From Paramoeba atlantica (lineage: Eukaryota > Protista > Discosea): DNA of 64,000 bases. The stretch is taken from NCBI GenBank assembly GCA_977017575.1, contig CDRNVI010000088.1:84728-148727 (forward strand), in the 5' to 3' direction. The notes beneath the pieces are model-generated. The model saw only the letters and a list, made by a program, of their open reading frames with translations. It had not been told where the DNA came from and searched no databases. The position numbers were made by a program, and so were the translations under genes. This document shows positions 18,822 to 28,579 of the stretch, in pieces (the stretch's first letter is position 1; each line of letters begins with the position of its first letter).

Positions 18822-19763
18822 TAGAGAGACGATTCATTTGACGGCATTAAGGTCGGTAAAAATAGAGATCATCATATTCTCAAGCCTCATCTTAATAGCG
18901 ATGAATCCCCAAGAAATAATCAAAATACGTGAACGAAATCAAGGTCAGATTGAACGAAGTTTGCACACTTTTCAAACGGGGGCACTACCACTGACCATTC
19001 TGAGCAACACATGTCGTTCATGAGTGGCCTTTCTCACACTCCACAAGTTGGGCTACAAAGTAGTAACAATTTTGGCTACATAGTAGTTGTTCAAAATATA
19101 CAATGTATTGTAAATATATAATGTATTGTTTAGATTGCGGAGGTAAACGGAGTTCAACGCCGAGGTAGTTTTCAACGCGAATGCGCAGCAGCAGTACGTC
19201 AAAAACAGCCCCCGCGTTTAACAAAGCGACTCAAAAAGGAAAACAATATCTAGGCAATTTCAATAGTTTAAAGGGTCTCAAATGACTTAATAATTTGAGA
19301 TAAATAATTACTGTACCAACTCTACTTAAGAGTCCGCCGTTTTTGGGCATTTGTACTCTTAAGTGGGGGGGTCAGAATTTTCCGGACTCTGAAGTGGAGG
19401 GGGTACAGCAAGTTAAAGAGCGATAAAAATTCAAATATTTTATTCACAAAAGAGGTAACAAAGTTGTATGCATACAACTTGTATGGGTTTGCTTGTTTGT
19501 ACAAGTCGGAATCAGAGAGCTGAAAATATGGAAAGCACTCCTGAAGGAAAGTATTCTATTATTGAAGATCACAAAAGCATCCCTAATCTGGACCCACCTA
19601 CAAGGCCTCTTTATCTATGTTGCGAAAGTTCGAAAATTCTTTGAAAGCGTTTATTGAATTCACTATTCGTTTTTTTAATGATTTTGAATATCCTTTGAAT
19701 ATTAAGCTCTCTCACTCAACTCACACTGTACATTAAATTTCAAAATCTCAGAAAGAAACTGGC

Positions 19764-20342
19764 TTAGGAACTATGCGCCGAATCCTTCGGGGGCAAATAT
19801 TTTTCAATAATAGCACCAATTTCTTCAGCATTCTGGGTAAACGGTGTGAATCGAGCAACTACTCGTCCGTTGCGATCGCACAGAAATTTTGCAAAGTTCC
19901 ATCCCACAAAACCCTCGAACTCCGGGTTTGATGTAGTAAGAAAACGATATAATGGGTGTTGCTTAGAGCCTTTGACGTCTAGCTTCTCCAGCATGGGAAA
20001 AGTAACTTTGTAATTGTCCTTTGCCCAGTCACGAATTGTACAAGAGTCTCCGGGCTCTTGCCAAGCGAATTGATTGCACGGAGCCCCGATCACTGTGAAA
20101 CCTCTAGCATGATACTTATCCTGCAGTTCTTGCAGAATGGGGTAGGTTCCCTTTGTGAGGCCACACCGTGAGGCAACGTTTACAATTAATGTGACTTGAC
20201 CACGAAATTGAGAAAAGGGAAATGTCTTTCCCGCGTAATCGGTAGCAACGATATCAAAGAGACAATTTGCAATGGCTGACATATAACTTGCAGCAAATAA
20301 GAGAAGTAATCGGTAAAACGCGCTAAATAAAAATACATGCAC
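19764..20342 (-). CDS. GPX: Non-selenium glutathione peroxidase-type (tryparedoxin peroxidase II-like) enzyme
   Basis: VNVASRCGLT, GAPCNQFAWQEPG, GWNFAKFL. The true start may be MSAIANC at 20282. Confidence 0.93.
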   Translation of the reverse strand: MHVFLFSAFYRLLLLFAASYMSAIANCLFDIVATDYAGKTFPFSQFRGQVTLIVNVASRCGLTKGTYPILQELQDKYHARGFTVIGAPCNQFAWQEPGDSCTIRDWAKDNYKVTFPMLEKLDVKGSKQHPLYRFLTTSNPEFEGFVGWNFAKFLCDRNGRVVARFTPFTQNAEEIGAIIEKYLPPKDSAHSS

Positions 20343-20756
20343 GGTATATTATTTTGTATAGCTCCACTTATTAGAAATCGTAATACAGACCTTTCACACT
20401 CTTTAGGGACCATTCGGTTAGTTATATTTTGGAATATGAAAATTTAAAAAGTTTACCTCATTCGAGGTAGCAAGTTTAAAAGTAGCTTTTAGCACCTAAC
20501 GGATCTAAATACATCTGAATGAAATACCATCACATGTACAAGATTGTATCAGATTCGGCAAGGTAACAGCCTACAGGCTGCTAAAAAACTAAGTGAAATA
20601 GAAGAGTGAGACTGAGAATCTTCTGACCCCTTCCTTCAAGAAAAGCGACTACGTGCGATCCGTAGATCTACGCTTCGGATTTCCCACTCGTGTGAAAAAG
20701 TAATGCCAGACTCGGATTGATTTCTAAGGGGATGAAAATGACCCTTGAACTTAAAA

Positions 20757-21905
20757 TCACTCAGAAATTTTGGGCACGCGCTCAATTTGTTTCCTCAGAG
20801 CCTCAAGCGCGTGGCTTCTGGAGTCCTGGATAAGACCCAGGCCCTCATCGAGCAACAGTCTCGCGGCATCCGGTTTTTGCAGGTGCACTAATGCGGTGGC
20901 ACCTTGCAAATATGCTTGAGAATTGTAACCCCGACTAGCCGAGACGGCACTTCGAGCACTTTCCTCTGCTTCACGATACCGACGCATACGATTTAACACC
21001 CCGGCCTCAAGGGCGTAAATCCCACCGAGCCGCGTAGGGTTTCGCGTGCATGACCGCGCGACTTTACAGCACCCCAGTGCCGGGAAGTGTAGTCCTTCGT
21101 GATTCGCTGAAATGGCCATAGCGCATAGTATTTTACTAAGGTACACATCCCGAGGTGCGTCTTCGTCGGTATCCTCACCTGAAAGAGTGGAGACCGGAGC
21201 CTTTGGTTCCAGGATTGGATCCTCCTGCTCCAGGACGTGTATAAAATCCTTTAGATTGGAAGGGAACTCTTCAATGAGGTGATTCGGAGCCTCACCGGGT
21301 CCCGAAAGCCCAGGATGTATCAGGTAGGCTAGACTTTTCTCTGGGAGGAGATCCTCTGTAATTCGTAGCGAGGATAGAAACCGATCCATCACTCGGCGGA
21401 TCTCCTGCACTTCGCCTCTTGTTTCAATCAACGCGAGAACTCGTCGTCCTAACGCGAGGGTGGTCTCTCTTGCGAGGTGTTCTCCATTCTTCGCGGTTTC
21501 TCCCGCTTCGTGCTCATCTGGGACATATTCTGAAAGCTGCTTTTCATTCTCACGCTTTGGATCACCCCCAAAAATATGCTTATATGCGCGATCAAATATT
21601 CTTCCTTGTTTCTTATCGGGCTGACCAAACGTTCCGCCTATTATATTACTCCGTCGTGAAATGTGCCAGAGGTTTACTCTTTTGTTATCTAGAAAAAATA
21701 TACGCAAAGTGCTTTGTTGGAAGGGTGTGTTATGCCTCGAAATAGAGAAAGTCGAAGTAGAGCCAAGGCGAAAAATTGCGTGATCATGTTGAGAAACAGG
21801 GACGGATCGCTTAAAATCATCGGAATAGTACCCCTTGGTGTCGGGTCTAAAGCACATTGGCTTGTCGGGAAAAGAATCTCTTAGCATAAGTGAGGCGAAC
21901 TTCAT
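20757..21905 (-). CDS. Hypothetical protein with C-terminal TPR-like repeats
   Basis: YALEAGVLNRMRRYREAEESARSAV and AYLQGATALVHLQKPDAARLLLDEGL fit the TPR helix pattern. Confidence 0.65.
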   Translation of the reverse strand: MKFASLMLRDSFPDKPMCFRPDTKGYYSDDFKRSVPVSQHDHAIFRLGSTSTFSISRHNTPFQQSTLRIFFLDNKRVNLWHISRRSNIIGGTFGQPDKKQGRIFDRAYKHIFGGDPKRENEKQLSEYVPDEHEAGETAKNGEHLARETTLALGRRVLALIETRGEVQEIRRVMDRFLSSLRITEDLLPEKSLAYLIHPGLSGPGEAPNHLIEEFPSNLKDFIHVLEQEDPILEPKAPVSTLSGEDTDEDAPRDVYLSKILCAMAISANHEGLHFPALGCCKVARSCTRNPTRLGGIYALEAGVLNRMRRYREAEESARSAVSASRGYNSQAYLQGATALVHLQKPDAARLLLDEGLGLIQDSRSHALEALRKQIERVPKISE

Positions 21906-22562
21906 TGAATCACAGAACTTTTGTGTGTAGCATTCCGGTAATTCATTTTACTTGTTCTTCCCAAATGCTACTAGCCGAAAGGTTTCCAAACATGGGAGGG
22001 TACTTGGATTTTAATTGATCGAATGATATTTTTTAATTTTTCCTTCTAAATCAAAGTGAAAAAAAATGGGATTTGTTTTACAGAAACGTTTCCCCCCTTT
22101 TTTTAGAACAATAAATATTGTCGAATGCTCACCTCCCGCCACTGGTGGACACTTGATGACGGAATCGCCGTATTGCCCTTTTGAATGACAGCCACGATCG
22201 TCGACCCGATTTCAATTTTTAGAGAGTTTTAGAAAATCTCTGAAAAGTTGTAGGAGAAATCGACACTCTAGTATAAGTAGACGCACGGGGCCTTACTCGA
22301 ATACAGCCGGGGCGAAGCAACATGTGGTATTCGTGGCCCATGCCGTCAACGGGCATCGCGTCGTGATCGTGAAGACAATTCGACAGATTAATTGCTCCCA
22401 AATTCGAGATCATGTTTTCGAGTGATAATTGCTCTCAAATTCGAATTAACAAGCAAGCTGAATAAATTTTTCTTAGTACGAACTTTCGTACTTAGTACGA
22501 ATAGTACGGCACTAAGTACGGTACTGTCGTACTAAGGAGATGTACAGTGTTATAAAGATGTA

Positions 22563-23248
22563 CAGTGTTTATTTAATTACGGTATTATTTAATTACGCTT
22601 TTAAGGTTATTTTTGGCTAAAATTAATCTTAATTAAATTAACCATAATATACCGGTGAAACGGTCATTAAGGATAAAAGTAATTAAGGCAGAACGGATTT
22701 AAGAATTGTCGTTTGTAGCATAAATATCGCATTTCTGCTAAACGTGCTGAGTTTCTGATCATTTTTCATGTTTTTCGAACTTTTCTAGACGAGCTTCGCC
22801 TGTTTCGCCTACCTTTACGGTCTAGTTCAACGTGTGAGAGAAAAGCTAAAACGATCATTGAAAGGAGAAGTCTGAGACGGAATCATGAAATTAAGTTTTC
22901 CCAATTTTTCCCTCAAAACGGCAAAAAATTAACTCCCGTCTTAATTAAAGCTGCCTTAATTAAAGTTGCCTTAATTTTAATTACCCTTAATTGAAGTTTC
23001 TACGGTAATCCACTCGTAAATTAAGAATTTTTCAACACACTTTTTGAGTAACTTTTAAGCGCCCAAGCCATTGGATTCGTCTGTGATCATTTTATAAAGG
23101 TTTCAGTTTCGTATGAAAGTGAGGTCGACGGTGACAGACATGAAAAAAAGTATTTTTTTTTCGGGGCTAAAAATAATCTTAATTAAAAATAACCATAATT
23201 AAAAATAACCGTAATATAATAATCCACTCGTATTTGAATACTTCACTG
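22563..23248. mobile_element. Degenerate non-autonomous Tc1-like element
   Basis: TA|CAGTG at 22561-22567 and CACTG|TA at 23244-23250; imperfect AT-rich inverted ends; internal reiterated motifs (ggctaaaawtaatcttaattaaa x2, gccttaatt, aatccactcgta x2); no ORF. Confidence 0.5.
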
Positions 23249-23305
23249 TATGTCATTATCTTTATTTCATTATCTTTATTTTTCCAAGGAACTGTCTGGT
23301 ATATA

Positions 23306-24638
23306 AACCCTTGGCCACCAATAAGGCACCCCCCTTATTTTTTGCATGATGGGTATGGTAGGGTTATCATACCATGTTTTCGTTCAAAATTTTGAGATGT
23401 GTACGTTCCCGCTGTTTTTAGCTCATGAAAAATAAAAAAATAAAAAAATATTTTACCACTTTAACATTAGGGTCGATTTATGAAAAAATCGCAGGCCTCC
23501 GAAAGGTGGCCTCAGCCCCCTGGGGAAGGAACTCATGCTTTTAAGGTTTCAAGATGGCATCCCAAAGAAACGAATAGCACGTGAATTGAATGTAAGCGTG
23601 AAATACATTCGAAAATACCTCCGTGATCACCCCAAAATTGAGACGAAAAAAAGCCTAAAGAAATCCCCACAGAAAAAAGAAATAAAGTCTCGTAAAAAAA
23701 GGATTGAAACCATTATTTCTAAGAAAGATGCGGCAGGGGTGCCAAAGTACAACAGTTCAAAGCGTATTTCTGTTGTTTTGTACAGAAAGGGTGTTACTGC
23801 AAGCCCTCGAACTGTTCGTCGAGATTTGAGGCAAGCAGGGCATCAATATAGGCCACGCCCAATTTCACAAGGGCTCACCGCTGTACAAAAAGAAAAACGC
23901 GTACAGTTTTCTTTAAATTACAAAGAGGACACATCGAAATTGATATTCTCAGATGAGAAGGTGTTTGATACAAACGATAATCGAATGAAAATGTGGGTAA
24001 AAAAAGGAGAGACCCCTGCAAAGAGACTAAAGGTGCGCTGGGCGCCTAAGTGTCAGGTGTGGGGAGCTATAGGAATTAACTGGAGATGCTTAAAAATTTT
24101 ATCTAGCAGGACCTCTATTACCCACGAAACACACATAGACACACTAAAACATGTTTATTTCCCCCGCAAAAGAATATTTCAACAAGATGGTGCCACCGCT
24201 CATACGGCCAAGGCCACCATAAATTACCTGAACAAACGAAAAATTAATCTACTAAAAAATTGGCCCCCAAATTCTCCCGATCTTTCTCCCATTGAAAACA
24301 TATGGTCAATGGTACAACAAGACGTAAATGAAAAGCTACCATCTACAGTTTCCGAACTGCAAAGGTGTATTCTAAACACATGGAGTTCTTTACCGACTGA
24401 GATGATAAATGATACCATCTTAAGTTTCGATCGTAGACTGAAGGCCTGCGTCGAACTAGGTGGCGAAAAGGTAAAAAAGTGGTAAATAGTTTCCACTTTA
24501 TAAATAGCTATAGGACTAGTGACCAAGTGTGGGAGGACATAAATCCCGAACTGAGATCTGCAAAATGCCATTGAAATTAGCTCAAACAAACAAAGCATCG
24601 AATTTTTAGAGGGGGGTGCCTTATTTTGGCCAGGGGTT
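23306..24638 (+). mobile_element. Tc1/mariner (IS630-Tc1) DNA transposon, about 1.33 kb
   Basis: TIRs aacccttggccaccaataaggcacccccct and aggggggtgccttattttggccaggggtt (about 30 bp, 3 differences), TA on both flanks, a single transposase ORF inside. Confidence 0.93.
23535..24485 (+). CDS. Tc1-family DDE transposase (DD35E)
   Basis: N-terminal HTH (KRIARELNVSVKYIRKYL), second HTH (ASPRTVRRDLRQAG), IFSDEK, FQQDGATAH, WPPNSPDLSPIENIW; 35 residues between the second D and E. Confidence 0.95.
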   Translation: MLLRFQDGIPKKRIARELNVSVKYIRKYLRDHPKIETKKSLKKSPQKKEIKSRKKRIETIISKKDAAGVPKYNSSKRISVVLYRKGVTASPRTVRRDLRQAGHQYRPRPISQGLTAVQKEKRVQFSLNYKEDTSKLIFSDEKVFDTNDNRMKMWVKKGETPAKRLKVRWAPKCQVWGAIGINWRCLKILSSRTSITHETHIDTLKHVYFPRKRIFQQDGATAHTAKATINYLNKRKINLLKNWPPNSPDLSPIENIWSMVQQDVNEKLPSTVSELQRCILNTWSSLPTEMINDTILSFDRRLKACVELGGEKVKKW

Positions 24639-24811
24639 TATAATAAGGAATTATATATATACAGGTGGTATATATAATAAGGAACTATATATATAATAAG
24701 GAACTGTCTGGTAGCACGAAGGTACTATCACTCAATAACTCGACAAGGTATCGTGACAGTTTCACCACACACTGGAAATCGAATGCTTCGTCTTCAGCAA
24801 ATGGCGACATG

Positions 24812-24884
24812 CAGGGGGTGGCAAGAAAATATGGGGGTGGGTCAAAATTCGTTTTAGACACCCATATATTCTTGCCACCCCCTG
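24812..24884. mobile_element. 73-bp hairpin/MITE-like element
   Basis: CAGGGGGTGGCAAGAA...TTCTTGCCACCCCCTG perfect 16-bp inverted ends that extend imperfectly inward; flanks TG and TA. Confidence 0.7.
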
Positions 24885-25024
24885 TATGTAACGTACTAAT
24901 GACGCCTGTGCCTGAAGTATGCTACGTCGCGATGGCGGGGGGATCATCACATTTCCTACATTGGCAACCTTTTGCCTGAGCAAATCATTTTATTCCCTTT
25001 TGAGCAATAAGATGACATCTGCTT

Positions 25025-26011
25025 TTATAGACGGCATGTACTGTGGTTTTTTAAGAACCACTTTACAGAATTATCAATTCCTTGCTGCAGTGCGGTAAAA
25101 GAAAAATGTGGACAAAGGCTGCGGAATACCTTGTTTGTTACGGTTTTTCGAAGTATTCCGTCACTATGAGAAGTACTAAAAGTAATATTGCCTTTGAACT
25201 CGAAAGAGTTTGCAATGCACTGCGCTGCACACGAAATAGTAAGCTCATTATGCTCACTGTTGCAGGTAATAAGGGGCTCTTTGCTCTCATAATTTTGAAG
25301 AGCCCAAATCAATAATTTTGCGAAGTCTTTCGCGTATAGAAATTGTCGTAGTGGCCTTCCGGATCCACAAACGTTAAAATCGGTTCCTGATTTCAGTGCT
25401 AAGAAACATTTATGAATCAGTGCAGGAATAACGTGCGCCTCCTCTAGATTGTAGTTGTCATTTTCTCCGTAAAGATTCGAAGGAATCACGCACACAATGT
25501 TAGTGCCATACTCTGCACGATAACTCCGACACAGTACCTCTAGACCTCTTTTCGCGTAAGCGTAACTTTCGTTTGAAGGATGCGGGGCACCGCAATGAAG
25601 GGATGACTCATCCATTGGAAAATCAGCAGGTTCAGCAGGAAAAATACATGTGCTGAGACAGCAAACTGTTTTCTTTACTTGAAAACGGCGGACACATCGT
25701 AAAACGTTTATGTTAATAAGACAGTTGTCCTCATACATAGATACTGGGTGTTCCAAATTGCTGTATAGTCCACCAACACGTGCAGCGAGATGTATTACGA
25801 ATGTTGGGCGATGCAAACAAAACATCTTTTCGGTTGCCTGGGCACAACGCAGATCAGCATCCGAACTGCAAGAAAAGACCCAGCGAAATCCCAGACTCGA
25901 TCGGTCAATATCTCGTAAAGCCGTGCCTACAAGCCCCGTTCCCCCTGTAACTAAAACGAGAGGAGCAGTTTCGCACATTTTTTCTTTGAAAAATATATTT
26001 CTTGAGTTCAT
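25025..26011 (-). CDS. fcl: GDP-L-fucose synthase (GDP-4-keto-6-deoxymannose epimerase/reductase)
   Basis: LVTGGTGLVG, HLAARVGGLY, LSTCIFP, YAYAKR, PSNLYGENDNY, HVIPALIHK, GSGRPLRQFLY, DGILRKT. The start may be the ATG at 25978. Confidence 0.95.
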   Translation of the reverse strand: MNSRNIFFKEKMCETAPLVLVTGGTGLVGTALRDIDRSSLGFRWVFSCSSDADLRCAQATEKMFCLHRPTFVIHLAARVGGLYSNLEHPVSMYEDNCLININVLRCVRRFQVKKTVCCLSTCIFPAEPADFPMDESSLHCGAPHPSNESYAYAKRGLEVLCRSYRAEYGTNIVCVIPSNLYGENDNYNLEEAHVIPALIHKCFLALKSGTDFNVCGSGRPLRQFLYAKDFAKLLIWALQNYESKEPLITCNSEHNELTISCAAQCIANSFEFKGNITFSTSHSDGILRKTVTNKVFRSLCPHFSFTALQQGIDNSVKWFLKNHSTCRL

Positions 26012-26419
26012 AAGCTACTAGATACATGTTTGCAGACTTTTGTATGTATGCATATTTTTAGAAAATGATTTCCTTTGCAATAGTTGTCCTAATACATTTT
26101 ACTTAACTGTAGTGACTAATTGATCAACGCTCTTAAATGCATCTGTAACAAGAACATGCCATACAGACATACACGTTCGCACCCCTTGTACGTGTATTGA
26201 GATGAACATTTTTTGTCGAGAAATCTTTTTTTAAAACCTGAAAAATCTTTTTTTAAACGCTGAAAAACTTTTTTTGGAATACCTTAAGATTGCAAATAAT
26301 AAGTTACGCCACATATACTCCGTGACTAGCGTAATGTACCTTCGTCTTTTTTTAATCTGCATAATCTATTTTTGAGTAGGCTACTCTCTCGCATGATCCT
26401 ATTTTCAAGTTCTTCGTTC

Positions 26420-26629
26420 CTACGCTCCCATAATCACGTTGTTTATAGGAATAAATACTATTTTTATGAAATACCCAACTGCTCCAAGGATGCCAAAGCC
26501 GACGAGTGTGGATAGACCAGTCTTCGTAAATTCCTTGTAATTAGGTTTAGTGCATTTTTGAACTAGCATTTTAGAGTTTTTCGCAAACGTCGTTAGCGGA
26601 GCAATCGCTATTTCATCTAATAAATCCAT
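26420..26629 (-). CDS. SEC61G: Protein transport protein Sec61 gamma subunit
   Basis: FAKNSKMLVQKCTKPNYKEF, GFGILGAVGYFIKIVFIPINNVIMG. Confidence 0.95.
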   Translation of the reverse strand: MDLLDEIAIAPLTTFAKNSKMLVQKCTKPNYKEFTKTGLSTLVGFGILGAVGYFIKIVFIPINNVIMGA

Positions 26630-27142
26630 TTTTGAAAGGAATTATGTTTATCGTGTCTATTGGGATCTCTGTACATTTCAAGAAATACGTATTTCTAATT
26701 TATTTTAAAAGAAAATTGAATAACATTCTGAGCAAATCAATTATCGTGATTTTAAATCGCTGGTGGTTCAGTGGGTTCGCTACTACTATAACATTGCACT
26801 GCAGATAGAGAGAATCTTTTTTAATAACACTTAGAAAAAACACTGCCCAAAAACATGAAAAGAAGACTCTTAGGGAACCTGTCACAACTAAAATAAACGC
26901 AGTTTCAGAGGGCCTCAGATAACTAGAGGTTATGAGATCCTTTTCAACGAATAGTAAACTTCTGGTACCTCACACTAGAAGAGCCATGTACTATGCATAG
27001 AATAGAGTTCTATGCAGAATCAGAGTATTTCTGGTTTCGGTCTCTTGCTCACTCTTCGCAGTGATTGCGCAAGTCCACGATATTGAATGTCTGCCAAGAG
27101 TACCAAAGAAAAGTAGGTAACGTTCCTGAAGATACCCGATTG

Positions 27143-27382
27143 CTAATTAGCGTGGTTGGTTCCCCTCTCGATTGAAACATCTTTAAGTACATCTAAGGCC
27201 CTATCCTCATTGATGCCTTCAAGGGTTTTACTCTTCCGCAAATTTTCTTTCTGGACACGGAAAAGGAACGCAATTTTTGAGTACGGTTTCAATGGCTTTT
27301 CTTTCAGCAGATCGATCACAACTTGATCTAGTATTTCAGGAATTCGGTACTGTGTAAAATATTCTTGAGCTTCATTCTGCAT
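27143..27382 (-). CDS. Small protein with an RIIa/Dpy-30-like dimerisation-docking domain
   Basis: AQEYFTQYRIPEILDQVVIDLLKEKPLKPYSKIA fits the D/D consensus (YLxxxxIxxLLxxLxxxLLxEKPxxP). Confidence 0.65.
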   Translation of the reverse strand: MQNEAQEYFTQYRIPEILDQVVIDLLKEKPLKPYSKIAFLFRVQKENLRKSKTLEGINEDRALDVLKDVSIERGTNHAN

Positions 27383-27457
27383 AAGAACAAAAAAGTGAAA
27401 ACCAATACTAAAATCGTTCTATTCCTTGCATTTCGAATAAGTAATAAAATAATTCTA

Positions 27458-27806
27458 AACCCTGTTCCGGGTTATTGTGCACCCCCTGCACAATAACTGG
27501 CTCTAGGCACAATAACTAAATATTGGAAAACCAAAAAAAGGGTTAAAAGATATATTTGGCGCCGCTTCGCGGCGACTTTTTTATGGACAAACACGTTCAT
27601 GTGCAGAAAACATTCTATTTAAGGGATGTGTTGTTGAACAAACTACGTTATTTTCGAGAAAATGGGAATAAAAAACCAAAAAATTACGGCGCCGCCTGGC
27701 GGCGCCATATTTTGAAGGGGGGGGCACAATAATAGTGGTTGTTTCCACTTATTGTGCCCCCCCTGCACAATAAGTAGCTCTAGGCACAATAACCCGGAAC
27801 AGGGTT
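27458..27806. mobile_element. 349-bp MITE with perfect TIRs and a TA duplication
   Basis: TA|AACCCTGTTCCGGGTTATTGTGC ... GCACAATAACCCGGAACAGGGTT|TA (23/23 inverted match); repeated gcacaataa/ttattgtgc subterminal motifs. Confidence 0.9.
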
Positions 27807-28579
27807 TACCAATAAACGAGCGTATAATTTGCACTCAATAATAGAAATATCAAAAATGAGGAACACGCCAGATTTTATTCACTTTAACCGACACTTCTTT
27901 CTCAAGTATACACAATGCACCCACACTACAGAATGTACATACTGAAAGTACAGACATAAAGTTCAGAGTGGTACCCCCCTACTTATTACGTAGGAAATTA
28001 CGTCACCTTGCACACCAAACAAAGCACGGTATGTCACAAAGCATGTTGTGTCACTACATGAAGTGCACACGTGTTCTCTCCAGGCTTGCTGCGGACATGA
28101 GGTGAAATTAAAGCAAAATTACCTTTTTTTTACTTACGACAAACGTGAAAGCAAACTCACTTCATGAATCACATTTTTTTGAAATATCTTGCTTTGCTTC
28201 AGCATTTTATAGTGCCCTGTGTGGCGCGTGCTCGATTTTCCTGTCAAAAAAAGCTCACTTTGAAGAAGGTTTCTCTGTGGGCCGAGGAGGGTTGTGTGCA
28301 GTGACTAAAAAAATACAAATATCCATTGAAATCTTTGCCGATCTAACTTCCACTGCATTGCTCCAAAAGTTAATGAAGCAGTAGCTATTAAAACCGCAAG
28401 GATTAAAGAGAAAGAATTTCGGAAAGAATGCTATAAAAAGTCATTGTTTTGGGGGAAATTGAAAAAAAGACTAAATTTGCTAGAAATTAACCGGACATGA
28501 CATGCGTACAATGAAGTATGATGATTGAGGAGCGTCAAAGTCTCTCTTTGAACATTTTTATATTATCTTTGTCGTGTAG

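Noticed and set aside
26218-26280. Three ~24-bp aaaatctttttttaaa-type repeats
   Set aside because: Low-complexity A/T slippage, typical of intergenic pyrimidine tracts.
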